A stretch of DNA of 64,000 nucleotides from Octopus sinensis (GCF_006345805.1 NC_043005.1:27466001-27530000); one strand, 5' to 3'; counted from the first letter of the stretch, positions 1 through 12,310 are shown. Translations and numbers: made by a program. Notes: generated from the letters alone by a model not told the origin.

Positions 1-290
1 GGGGCATACAGAGGTAAGGTGGATAGAGATGTAGTGTAGCTTTAATAATCGTATCTGATCATCATCATTGTTTTAACGTCTACTTTTCCATGGATCAGAC
101 AGAATTCGTTCGGGTAGATTTTCTACTGCTGGATGCCTTTCTTGCCGTCGACCTACACCTGTTTCCAGGCGAGGTATTTTCTTCTAGGGCAGGACATGGA
201 AGTTTGGAAACAAATAGCACCGCTAGTATGATGGTGATGCTCGTTTACAACTATCATGAAATATCAAGACAAGGACACACTCACGCGCGC

Positions 291-538
291 GTGAAGACGC
301 GTGGTCTAGTGGTTAGGGTGTTGCACTCACGACCACGAGATTATGGTTCTGATTCCTAAACCGACTGTACATTGTGTTCTTGAGCAAAACACTTCATTTC
401 ACAATGCTCCAGTCCACTCAGCGGTAAATGGGTCGCCCTGCGACGGAATACCCTTCCGATCGGGGGTGTGGGGGGATGTTGGCCTGCCCGTCGAGCCAGC
501 GAGGTTACACCAATCGAAAGCTAAAACGATGAGAAGCG
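291..538 (+). mobile_element. tRNA-headed SINE with CORE-like central segment
   Basis: A-box-like tggtctagtgg, degraded B box, then tgtgttcttgagcaaaacacttcatttcac resembling the CORE domain; no coding frame. Confidence 0.7.
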
Positions 539-811
539 CTAGAAAAGCAGAAAATTTGAAGGCAAAAACTGTGAGAAGCATTAATAAGATCATCGATAGA
601 CTGTGTGGAAAATGGTTTCTGATTCGTTGTTTCTGTTTATCGAATGAGTGCGTGATCATAATAAGTATTGACGTCATTTGTTTCTGAGCGAACCTTACAA
701 CATGGAAGAAAGCTGAGGAAGGAAAAAAACTATCAGGCTTCCAGAGACAAATTATTGTTCTTTTCAAGAAAATTCGCTTTTCACGAATTTCCGCTTTTCT
801 AGAGACCACCC

Positions 812-813
<2 letters not shown>
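539..813. mobile_element. Tc1/mariner-type non-autonomous element, left end truncated
   Basis: Right end ...gagaccaccctg followed by TA (reverse complement TA-CAGGGTG); ctagaaaagcagaaaatt at 539 matches the inner part of the right inverted repeat. Confidence 0.6.
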
Positions 814-857
<44 letters not shown>

Positions 858-876
858 TATGTATGTATGTATGTAC

Positions 877-910
<34 letters not shown>

Positions 911-944
911 TTCAAATTTACATAAAAATAAAAAGACGAAGCTA

Positions 945-1100
945 GGTGTAGGAACAACAAGCAGGTGTATTAGTTTGACGCTTGGGAAGAGTGGAAAAGT
1001 CTTTTACGTTTCGAGCCTACGCTCTTCGACAGAAAGGATTAAAAGGGGGAAAAATGGAGAAAGAATTAAATACACAAACACATGGGGGGGGGGGTTTCAG
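945..1100 (-). mobile_element. Penelope-like terminal repeat fragment with minimal hammerhead motif (1001-1037)
   Basis: Minus strand cttt-CTGTCGA-a-gagc-gtag-gctc-GAAAC-GTA-aaag: stem I, core, stem II, GAAA and a GUA triplet; second copy at 25549-25583. Confidence 0.55.
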
Positions 1101-2002
1101 CCCGAAGCTATAGAAGGCATGCAAGGGGAATGAACATGATACCACGTGACTGGGAATTAAACTTAACGCCAGAGCAAGACCACCACGTAATAGTACTCCT
1201 ATATTTTATAACTTTAATAACCACATCTGGTTTCTCTTGCATCTCTACTCTATACTCAGCTTGTAGAAGAAGAGCCACACAGGATCTTATATATCATTTT
1301 ATAATTAAACTACCAGCTGCCAGTGTTACTCTAATTTTACAAAATTTTACAAAATCATCAGCGGTCTCCTCCAGGCGGATCTATCAAACTCGTGTCAGCT
1401 ACGGAAAAATTTATGTTTAAACCATGATGGTGGTGGTGGTGATGGTGGTGGTGGTGGCGGTAGTGATGGTGATGCAGCGAATAAGAAAAAAAACGGTGTC
1501 AGCAACCACACCTCTTTTAAGCATGGGAATGGCAAACAAAATAGTTGAGTAATAAAAAAAAAATATTATAATAATAATAATAAAAAGCAAGCTTGTATTT
1601 GCCTCAAGGTTATAAGAGAATGAGGAAGTTGAAGAGTGACTCTTAGGGTTTGGAATCTATTTTCAATTGTGAAAAATGGAGTGGAGAAAAGTGTTTTAGT
1701 GGTAGTCGGAAAGGGGAGTGGGGGGAGAAAACTGAAGTGTCACTCAGAAAGGAGAGTGGAGGAGAAAACTGAAGTGTCAGTCGCTGAGAACAGAGGAATG
1801 AATGAAGAAAGTTATGTGTCACTGTGTGGTAGTGGAAAAGAGAGAGAGAGAGATTAGAGCTGTCAAGTGCCACTCAGATTGGGAAGGAGAGAAAGGCACT
1901 GAGAGTAGTGAGGGAGAGAGAGGAAAAGGGAGGGAATTTCTAAAGGGGCATGAGGGAAACGAAAGTTAAATATTATTCTTTTCCTTTTTTAAAAAAAATT
2001 AT

Positions 2003-2452
2003 TTGTTTCAGTCATATGACTGCAGCCCTGCTGGAGCACCGCCTTGAAGGGTTTTAGTCGAATAAATCGACCCCAGGACTTTTTCTTTTAAGCCAAGTAC
2101 TTATTCTATCGGTGTCTTTTGCCGAACAGCTAATTACAGGGACGTAAACACACCAACACCAGTTGTCGAACGGTGGTGGGGCGACAACACACACACACAT
2201 ATATATAATATATATAATATATATATATATATACGACGGGCTTCTTTCAGTTTCCGTCTCCCAAATTTAGTAGAAGGAAACTGAAAGAAGCCCGTCGTGT
2301 ACTACATGTACGTGTCTGTCTCTCACCCCGCTCAATGACTGGTGTTGGTGTGTTTAAGTTCCCGTAACTAGGCATTTCGGTAAAAGCCAAAAAATAAAAG
2401 AAATACATATAGGCAGTAATCCCAGCATGGCCAATCTAATGACTGAAACAAT
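2003..2452. mobile_element. Two headless family-A SINEs fused as a fold-back (minus 2003-2265, plus 2266-2452)
   Basis: Tail tttcagtcat...ctggagcaccgcc on the left, mirror image ...gactgaaacaa on the right, junction aaattt at 2263-2268. Confidence 0.8.
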
Positions 2453-2739
2453 ATATATATATATATATTATATATATTATATATATATTCGTAATACTAA
2501 GCAATAAAGGGTTTAGCAACGAATTGCCTTACCACATACCGAATTTAGAAATAGCAGTCAAAGAGTTATAGCTATTTCTTCTACTAAAAAGGGAGATCTC
2601 ATATATATATATAAATGAATGTTTTTATATATAATGAACGTGAAATACAGGAAGGGACGAACACGGAACACAGACAAATCATTCGAAGCCTTCAATCTTC
2701 AGTCAGACACCGAATCATCATAGCAAATTTCGGCTGTTC

Positions 2740-2982
2740 AATTCTGATATATATATATATATATATATGTATCGATCGATCGATAGATAAATATGTATAA
2801 TATATATATAAAATACAAAAAATATATACATACATCATACACACATATATATATATATATATACACACATATATATATATTATACACACACACACACATA
2901 TATATATATACACACACACATATATATATATTACACAAACACACACACATATAATATACACACACACACACCACACACACAC

Positions 2983-3031
<49 letters not shown>

Positions 3032-3065
3032 CATACACACACACCACACACATATATATATATAT

Positions 3066-3138
<73 letters not shown>

Positions 3139-3251
3139 CACACATATATAGATACACAAACACACACATATATACATATACACACACATATATATAGATA
3201 CACAAACACACACATATATATATATACACACACACACACATATATACATAT

Positions 3252-3284
<33 letters not shown>

Positions 3285-3340
3285 CACACACATACATACA
3301 CATACACGCACGCGCTAGTATGTGTGTGTGTGTGTGAAGA
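2740..3340. repeat. Compound (AT)n/(AC)n microsatellite
   Basis: Alternating TA and CA tracts; explains the CVYI-type ORFs. Confidence 0.95.
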
Positions 3341-3414
3341 GATAGAGGCGGCGGAGAGAGAGATGTAAGAAATGAATGTTAACGACCCCGACCCTCACAA
3401 TCCCCAAAATACAT

Positions 3415-3600
3415 TTAACTCTTTTGATATCCACCCGACTGAAACTGGCCCCGGTTCCGTGATACAAATTCTGTTCTGCTATTATCCTTATAACTTTCAT
3501 CAAAATTCCACGTTCGTTTATGATCCAAACACCAACTTAAATAACGAACATAATTTTTACTAAATTGTTCATCAGTTTCAAAAATAATTCAAAGACGGGT
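3415..3600. mobile_element. Degenerate piggyBac-like MITE (same family as the 60594-61582 array)
   Basis: TTAA then ctcttttgatatccacccgactgaaactggccccgg, similar to the reverse complement of the 61582 end; other end not recognisable. Confidence 0.5.
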
Positions 3601-3754
3601 TTGTTTCGAGAGAAATATGGTGACACAAAATTAAAGGCCCCCTCGTTGCACAGAGAAAAATCAAATAGTTTTCTAATAAGGGACCGGCATCAAACATTTA
3701 AAATTAGTCCCAACATAAACACACACGTACGTTTTATTATATATATATATATAC

Positions 3755-4177
3755 TCTTTTACTTGTTTCAGTCATTTGACTGCGGCCATGCTGGAGCACC
3801 GCCTTTAATCGAGCAACTCGACCCAGGGACTTATTCTTTTTTGTAAGCCCAGTACTTATTCTATCGGTCTCTTTTTGCCGAACCGCTAAGTGACGGGGAC
3901 CGTAAACACACCAGCATCGGTGTCAAGCAATGCTAGGGGGACAAACACAGACCACACAACACACCACGCATATATATATTATATATATAATATATAATAT
4001 ATATATATATATAACATATATACGACGGGCTTCTTTCAGTTTCCGTCTACCAAATCCACTCACAAGGCTTTGGTCAGCCGAGGCTATAGTAGAAGACACT
4101 TGCCCAAGGTGCCACGCAGTGGGACTGAACCCGGAACCATGTGGTTGATAGACAAGCTACTTACCACACAGCCACTC
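3755..4177 (-). mobile_element. Near full-length family-A SINE (octopus OR/OK-like tRNA head, CORE-like domain, internal microsatellite)
   Basis: Minus strand reads gagtggctgtgtggtaagtagc...ggttccgggttcagtccc (A/B boxes), accttgggcaagtgtctt (CORE-like), tail cagtcaaatgactgaaacaagtaaaag. Confidence 0.9.
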
Positions 4178-4601
4178 ATATATATATATATATATATAAT
4201 TTACATAACACTAAAAGCTCAATAGGGTCTTTTCGTCCCTTTAAATAATTATATATATATATATATATATAGATAGATAGATAGATATATACGTATGTAT
4301 GTATGTATGTATGTATGTATAGAACACGTTAGGTAGGTATGTGTGTTGACTAGATCTGAGCAATAAGAACAGGAAGATGACTGATTATAACAATGATAAT
4401 CATTAGTTAATAACAATTGTAGCTGAGTGTTTTTGTCAGTTAAAATGTAATAAAAATTCCTAGCATAAAAAGCGCAGCTGAGGACCAAGTGTTCATTTGA
4501 AAATGCTCCACATAGTTTTGCATAACAATTGTTTTGTGAGTTTTTTTTTATTACATAAATGAATGTTGTATTAAATATTCGCACGTATATGTAATCAGTA
4601 A

Positions 4602-4642
<41 letters not shown>

Positions 4643-4796
4643 TCGTGAGTTCTTGTGTTTGGAAATAAATCTATGAGTGCGGTGTGTGTGTGTGTATCAT
4701 GACACTCCGTCGGTTGCGACGACGAGTGCGCTGCCCTAACCACTGGGCCATTGCGCCTCCACTCTCTATTTATATATATATATTATTGTCTAAACG

Positions 4797-5001
4797 CAGT
4801 GTTTTTCAAAATTTTTTGCTGAAGCGGAACCCCAAGGAAACATTCCACTGGGCTCGAGGAACCCCTGTGCAATAATTTAATTGCCTTATGCACACATATC
4901 TGCACAAGAGAATTAAAAATTACTGTCGATTTTAGCATTTTTGTAACTTCTTGCGGAACCCCTGGACTGTACTGGCGCGGAACCCTGGTTGAAAACCACT
5001 G
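4797..5001. mobile_element. hAT (Charlie-like) MITE
   Basis: TIRs cagtgtttttcaa / ttgaaaaccactg; flanking direct repeat gtctaaacg at 4788-4796 and 5002-5010. Confidence 0.85.
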
Positions 5002-5504
5002 GTCTAAACGTGTGTGTGGGTGTGTAAGAGTATATGTATTTACACACGTATATGTGTGTGTTTGTGTGTGCTTATGTTTAAAAAGCAATATCTGCGTGTG
5101 TATGCGTGTTTTGGCTGTTATTCTCCTATTTCACTCCTCTACAATATGCATGTGGTGTGTAAGAAGACACTCCTGACATGTTAAAAGTAGGTTTTTATTT
5201 ACCTCCTTTTTGTAGTGTTTCTTTTTTTTTTATTTTTAGTTTTTTCATAGTTATGTCACGACTTGTAAGCCCCACAACCACCACACCCCATATCCTCTCC
5301 CTCATCCTCTTCCCTAAAATTTAATTCATATATATATATATATACACCATTTTGTTCTGGTGTCCGCTGAATTTTCCTCTAGAGAACATTCTTTTATTTG
5401 TAGTTTGATCGTAGGTGATCTACTTCTAGCATACGGCTGACCACCTAGTGGTTTTTTAGCCCTTTAAATAACACACACAACACACACACATATATATATA
5501 TGTA

Positions 5505-5553
<49 letters not shown>

Positions 5554-5555
<2 letters not shown>

Positions 5556-5830
5556 GCGCAGGCGTAGCTCTGTGGTAAGAAGTTTGTTTACCAGCCACCT
5601 GGTTCCGGGTTCAGTCTCTCTGCGTGGCACCTGTGGAAAGTATTTTCTACTGTAGCCTCAAGCTGACCGAATCTGGATTTGCTGGAGGGGAACTGAAAGA
5701 AGCCCGTCGTGGGGGTGGGAGGAGAAAGACAGACCGTCGCTTGACAACCGGTGTTGGAGTGTTTACGTTCCCGTCACTTAGTGTTTCGGCAAAACGGATC
5801 GATAGAATAAGCACCAAGTTTTAAAAGAAG
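5554..5830 (+). mobile_element. Family-A SINE with internal deletions
   Basis: aggcgcaggcgtagctctgtggtaagaag head, ggttccgggttcagtc B box, gaactgaaagaagcccgtcg body. Confidence 0.85.
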
Positions 5831-6605
5831 TTAAAGTGCGGGGATCGAATTGGCTGGAGTCTACTGACCGAAGCAAAAGATAACAGATATATAATCTCTT
5901 TCCTCTCCCCACCCTTTTTAAGTGTCATCGTCACCATCGGCTCCTCTAACAATATGAAAACAAAATACGAAGATTTTTAACTGAAGTGATTTCATGTTGA
6001 GTCTTGATTGTGACAGCAAACTATCTCTAACTCACCACCACCCCTATACATTGCAAATTACGTGACAATGACGGAGCCTCACTACCTGGTCACCACAGAT
6101 GCTAGAAATGGCAGCTAAGTCTCCATATCACAAATAGGTGGTGGGCCCCAACTCGTTGGATAATGTAGTCCAAGATCCCCTGCACATAACGATGGCTTGG
6201 TCACTGCTGGTGTGCCTTTCGTCATAAAAAAATCGATTCAATCAGGGTGAATTAGGGCTAAAGAAAATCGATGTAGGGATGTCGTCAGGACAACCAATAA
6301 CTATTGGAAACACCCACCACCTGGGTCGAGTCTCTACAGGGTCGCTCGACTAGCTAGAAATGCCAACTAATTCTCCCTCCAAAAACCCCACTCTACTCTT
6401 TTTTGGTACATGAAAAGGGGGTAAAAGATACACACGTGTGTCCTGACTCAAGGGCCGAGAGTTTGATAAGTACCAGAAACGAAACTATCAGCTCTTGAGT
6501 CACTTTGTAACTTCTGCCGATTAAAAATTCGAACAGATATACTCATATAACCGAGTTCGTTCGCTCCTGTTTATTCTAAACACACATTCTAGATATTCTT
6601 GATCC

Positions 6606-6946
6606 ATATACCACATGGTTCTGGGTTCAGTCCTACTGCGTGGCACCTTGGGTAAGTGTCTTCTATTACAGTCTCGGGCCGGCCAAAGCCTTGTGAGCGA
6701 ATTTGGTAGACGGAAACTGGAAGAAGCCCATCGCATATATGTGTGTGTGTGTGTTTGTCCCCCTACCATCGCTTGATAACCGATGATGGTGTGTTTACGC
6801 CCCAGTAACTTCGCGGTTCGGCAAAAGACCGACAGAATAAGTCCTGGTTTCAAGTTGTTCGACTAAAGGCGGTGCTCCAGCATGGCCGCAATCTAATGAC
6901 TGAAACATAAAAGAATGTGAGTATATATGTGCGTGTGTGTGTGTAT

Positions 6947-6989
<43 letters not shown>

Positions 6990-7305
6990 AAGAAGAGAAT
7001 GAGAAGCAGGTACGGTAGTGTGGTTAAGAAGCTTCCTTTACAACCGCGTGATATCGGGTTCGGTCCCACATTGTGACCCTGTGAGTGAATTAGATAGACG
7101 AAACTCTGTCGTGTGCGTGTTTTCCTGCCTTCCAGCTGCTTAACAACAGGTGTTGGTCGTGTACTTAGCAGTTCGGCAAAAGTGACCGACATAATCAATA
7201 CCAGACTTTAAAAGAAAAAATAAGAATTGGGGTCGTATCGATTTGATCGAACTGGACCTTCCGGGCGGTGCCCCAGCGTGGCCGCTGTCCAATGACAGAA
7301 ACTAT
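6606..7305 (+). mobile_element. Two tandem family-A SINE copies (6606-6915, about 7006-7305)
   Basis: Both carry head/CORE-like segments and ccagc(a/g)tggccgc tails. Confidence 0.8.
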
Positions 7306-7374
7306 ACACACACACGTGTGTGTGTGTGTTTATATATGTACAGAGAAACCTACCTGTTTACATATATGTATAAA

Positions 7375-7420
<46 letters not shown>

Positions 7421-8009
7421 AGAATGTATAATTGACTTAAACAGCCTGTCGTCTGCATCCTAAATGAGCTGAGAGAATATTTATTCTAGTTGTTTGTATT
7501 TACGAATTCATTCATTTATACCGTCGTCACAGAGCTTTCACTGTTGACTTTCATTATTATTTTTTTAATTGGCCATTTATAATATAAATTACCTCCAATC
7601 TATATAACACATTTCTTTACTGAACAGTTAAGGTCGCCCACCACCACGAACACATACAAACCCACACCACAACAACTGTAGTTTGCAGTTAGTGTTATAA
7701 ATACACGAAGGAGTGGGGGGTTAGATATCTGTGTGGAGCGATGTAATGTTGTAATGTAATAGGTATGCAGGAAGACCATAAGTCAATGATAGTTTGTATG
7801 AAACTTAAAACACCCTGTTGTGTAAAATATTGACTCAGCACTGATTCATGGATTTTTTAAATTAGTCACAGGCCACGGTGCTTTTTATACACACACACAC
7901 CTCTCTTTCGCTGATCACACACACTGACACACATACACATATATGTTTTTTTACACACACACACATATATATGTATGTGTATGTATATATGTATATATAT
8001 ATATATATA

Positions 8010-8168
8010 TAGTAAGTTGCTTACCAACCACATGGTTCCGGGCCCAGTCCCACTGCGTGGCACCTTGGGGAAGTGTCTCGGGCCGACCAAGGCCTTGTGA
8101 GTGGATTTCGTAGACGGAAACTGGAAGAAGCCAGTCGTGTATGTGTGTGTATGTATGTGTGTGTGTAT

Positions 8169-8217
<49 letters not shown>

Positions 8218-8584
8218 ATGTGTGTGTGTGTGTGTGTGTGTTTTTACTTGTTTCAGTCATTTTGACTGCGGCCATGCTAGAGTACCACCTTTAGTCGAGC
8301 AAATCGACTCCAGGACTTATTCTTTGTAAGCCTAGTACTTATTCAATTGATTTCTTTTGACGAACCGCTAAGTTACGGGGACGTAACCACACCAGCATCG
8401 GTTATCAAGCGATGTTGGTACACACACACACATACACGACTAGCTTCTTCCAGTTTCCGTCTACCAAATCCACTCACAAGGCCTTGGTCGCCCCGAGACA
8501 CTTGCCCAAGGTACCACGCAGTGGGACTGAGCCCGGAACCATGTGGTTGGTAAGCAACCCACTTACCACACAGCCACTCCTACG

Positions 8585-8585
<1 letters not shown>
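8010..8585. mobile_element. Family-A SINE 5' half (+, 8010-8140) and near-complete copy (-, 8240-8585)
   Basis: Head sequences at both ends in opposite orientation, microsatellite between. Confidence 0.85.
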
Positions 8586-8639
<54 letters not shown>

Positions 8640-8967
8640 CAACTACAGAAAGAGGGTTTTAGTTTACATACAATAAATACGTAAATAAATTTAATGTTGA
8701 CTGTCGGAAATAAAAGAGTATTCGATACAAAGTAGAGATTAATATTTTATTTGGGTCAAGTTAGTCTCTTGCTACTCGGAGTTTCACCTGTCAATGTACA
8801 GGGATTTCAATCGTAACTTATTATTTCACATTAACCTAGACCCCGAAGAATGGTGCGATTCCTAACCTAGTTATTAAGGATGTTGCTTTTCTTTCTTTTT
8901 AAGTTGTGGTCGACAAACATTAAATATTCTGAACATATGAATAGAATATGACTCAATTTTTTTTATC

Positions 8968-9238
8968 CAATTCTATATTTAAGAGATGGGGAATTATTTA
9001 CATTATTTACATTTGGCGGATATTTGTCCTCATCTTGTTTGTTGTTAACACGACGTTTCGGCTGATATACCCTCCAGTCTTCATTAGTTGTCTTGGGGAA
9101 ATTTCGAACCTGGGTTCCCAATCCTAAGGTATTTTTCGATGTCATTATGATTATTACTATTCTCATTATTCCGGTCACTGTCTAGAATCGATTTCGGAAT
9201 CTTGGGGTTAGTAGCCCGCGCTCTTAACCACTATGCCC
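8968..9238 (-). mobile_element. tRNA-headed SINE with hammerhead-like tail (family H), minus copy
   Basis: Reverse complement gggcatagtggttaagagcgcgggctactaacccc head; tail gacaa-CTAATGA-agactg...cagcc-GAAAC-GTC-gtgt. Confidence 0.8.
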
Positions 9239-9240
9239 AC

Positions 9241-9465
9241 GGGCATATGGCATAGAGGTTAAGAGCGCGGGCTACTAACCCCAAGATTCCGAGTTTGATT
9301 CCAGACAATGACCTGAATAATAATCATCGAAAAATACCTGCGGAATGAGAACCTAAGTTCGAAATTTCCCCAAGACACCTGATGAAGGCTGGTGGGTGTA
9401 TCAGCCGAAACGTTGTGTTAACAACAAACAAGATGAGGACAAATATCCGTGAAATGTAAATAATG
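9241..9465 (+). mobile_element. tRNA-headed SINE with hammerhead-like tail (family H), plus copy
   Basis: A box tggcatagagg, B-box-like gagtttgattcc; CTGATGA 9379-9385, stem ggctg/cagcc, GAAAC 9407-9411. Confidence 0.8.
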
Positions 9466-10149
9466 CTCAATTTTTTATGTTCTTTATCAATTTTGTTAAC
9501 TAGATATTTTCATTAAATTTCTTTAATGATTTCTTATTGAAAAGAAACGAACGAATTATTGCTTATAAGTCAAGGAAATTTAAAAGTATATTTTAAAATT
9601 TAATTTTAGAAATTTATATGATAAGAGGTCGATAAGTTTATCAACGATTCCATGAAGAGCTTCAATGACATAAGACGTTTGCCGGACCCAGTTTTGAAGG
9701 AGGACAGGCGTGCAGTCTCGCCCTCTGCCACCCAAAACCCTCAGGAGTAACACAAAAAAAAATAAAAAAATAAAATACATTGCTCAACTTAGTTCACCAG
9801 TTACACATAACTGACATATTTTGATTACGTCCATTGGATTAATTAGTGATTGCACAACTAATGACATAAATTTTAAAGCTGGAAAGGATAAGCGAAAGAA
9901 AAAAGGTAACCATAAGAGTCTGGAATTTGGCCCCGGGGGGTGGGGGGGTGTTCGTTATTTTGTTTGTTTTGTAAGTCGGCATATGTACGGATGTGTAGTT
10001 TAAGAAGCTCGTTTTGCAATCGAATGTTTTCTGGTTCAGTCCCATTGTATGGTACCAAGGGTAAGAGGCTTCTGATGTAACCCCGGCCCGACCAATGTCA
10101 TGTGAATGAATTTGGTAAAAAGAAATTGTTTGGAAGCACGTTGCACGCG

Positions 10150-10707
10150 TGCGGAACCCCCTAATTTGGGAGGGGGGCTTAAAATTTTGAAAAAAAGCTT
10201 GGATCTTTTCGGTTTGAACGGCAGTTTTTAACATAATTTGTAGGTAACTAAAAAATTTTAAACTTCGTATACTGGTAGAATGTGTTTATAAAACATCTTT
10301 TTCTCTTGGCTTTATTGAGAAAATTCTATAGTTTGTAAGATATTTGGTCTTTAATTTCTTGCATTTCGGCAATTTTAACCAATCAATGACCGTCTATTGA
10401 GGTGAAAACATTCTGTGCCGTATGAATATGTCCCTCGTTTAAGAAATAGATTGGGTTTATTTACATTTGTGAAGAAAAAAAGATACTCTTCCCCCCACCC
10501 CTAATCCTAAAACAGATCGATACTAGGGTCATAATTGTGGGTGACAATTTCATATGACACCGCTAGAAAAAACTGCCGTTCAAACTGAAAAAATCCAAAA
10601 GGTTTTGAAAGGGATTATAATACTATCCATGTATAAGAAACTCACATATTTTTTAAACCTAATTTTTGACAAAAAAAAAAGGGTTTGTTATACACATTAA
10701 AATACGG
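10150..10707. mobile_element. Tc2/pogo-like MITE split by an inserted TIR element
   Basis: 10150-10199 and 10598-10707 match the reverse complement of 26918-27079; right end ...aaaatacgg plus TA. Confidence 0.7.
10200..10597. mobile_element. About 400-bp non-autonomous element with 30-bp terminal inverted repeats
   Basis: tggatcttttcggtttgaacggcagttttt (10200-10229) is inverted at 10568-10597; superfamily not assignable. Confidence 0.75.
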
Positions 10708-11937
10708 TATATCACGAGTGTGTTATGTTTATTCCCCCACCATCGCTTGACAACCAATCTTGGTCTGTTCAGGTCCTTGTAACTTCGCGATATAAAGTCC
10801 CGATATAATAAGTATTAGACTTTAAAAGGAAAATAAGTGCTGGGATCGTTTTTTTTTAACCCAAAGACTGAAACAAGCAGATGACAAAATATACATCCAG
10901 AAATGAAAGCTTGTTTTCTTCTGAACATCAAAAACGGTGCGGTGTAGCATGTGATCTACAGCAACTTAAATCTAGACCAGCTGAAAATGTTATAAATTTG
11001 CAATTATAATTAGAGGAGTGAGTTAAACAAGGAGTTCATAGCATCGGAGAAATTCTACTGCAGCTTCTTCGTCTCGTATAACCTGTGTGTAAAATTCTTT
11101 TGCTCTCATCTCGACTTCTTTCAACGGTCTCAGGACTAAAAATGTTTAAATAAAAAAGTTTTTTTTGGGTTTATATACCAAACCAACCGGAAATCGAGTT
11201 AATAGATAAATTTTAAATGTTGATCAAAACCTTGGTGTAGATCACAAACTATACCATTTGAACAAATGTAAATCACAAGCTATACCAGAAATATATATGT
11301 AGATCACATACTACACTGGCACCTCAGAAACTTTCTAAGGTCATGAAATGCATTTTCTGTAATAGTTTACAGGACGAGGTGGTATTTAAATTTGTGTATG
11401 ATGAACAGAAGAGAATGCTGATGTTGGGAGCTGCGCTGCCATAAATATTAATTCCAGAATATCAAGAGTGAACAGCGTCTTCAGTGCAACAGTTCCATGT
11501 TATCTTGAGCTACAGAATATCTATTCAAAGAATGATTACATGTTTAAGCAAAATATCACGGCAGAATGTGTGAAGACATTGTCCATGCAACGACAAACTC
11601 ACTGGTCCGACCAGGAAGGGTACTGTGACCTCACAAAAGGATTAGTTGACTGGTTAATCAGGGATAAACATATTCACACAAATCCCTTTCTTCTTCTTTC
11701 TTATATCATATTTTATTCAAAATCTGAAAGCACCATCGTGTTCAAAAGATTTTTATATTCTGAGTATTAGAACAAATACTCTATTCTAAAATTGATTCTA
11801 TAATTATCGATACAATTAGCCAACCAATATCGATAAGAAAAAAGGGGCATAAAACATTAAAGATTACTCTCTGAATAAGAAATTGCCGTGATTACTTTGT
11901 TTATTTCTATTTTTATTGTTTGTTTGTATGTATGTTT

Positions 11938-12310
11938 TTTTACTTGCTTCAGCCATTAGACTGCGGCCATGCTGGGGTACTGCCTTGAAGAATTTTAGTC
12001 GACTGAATCGACCCCCGTTACTTATCTTATTTTAAGCCTGGTGTTTATTCTATCGGTCTCATTTAATGAACTGCTACATTACGGGGATATAAACACACCA
12101 ACACCGGTTGTCAAGTGGTGGTGGGGAACAGACACAAATATAAACACACACACATAACGGGATTCTTTCAGTTTCGGCCTACGAAATCTACTTACAAAGC
12201 TTTGGTCGGCCTGGGGCCACTGTAGAAGACACTTGCCCAAGGTGCCCCGCAGTGAGACTGAACCTGGAACCATGTGGTTAAGAAACAAACTCCTTACCAC
12301 ACAGCCACAC
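11938..12310 (-). mobile_element. Family-A SINE
   Basis: Tail, body and head all similar to 3755-4177. Confidence 0.85.

Noticed and set aside
2692-3311. Long ORFs rich in CVYI/YI (also 21.5-22.1 kb, 26.1-26.9 kb, 55.9-56.5 kb)
   Set aside because: Translations of stop-free dinucleotide microsatellites.
3930-4148. Recurrent ORFs containing AIVEDTCPRCHAVGLNPEPCGW
   Set aside because: Antisense translation of family-A SINEs; repeated because the SINE is repeated.
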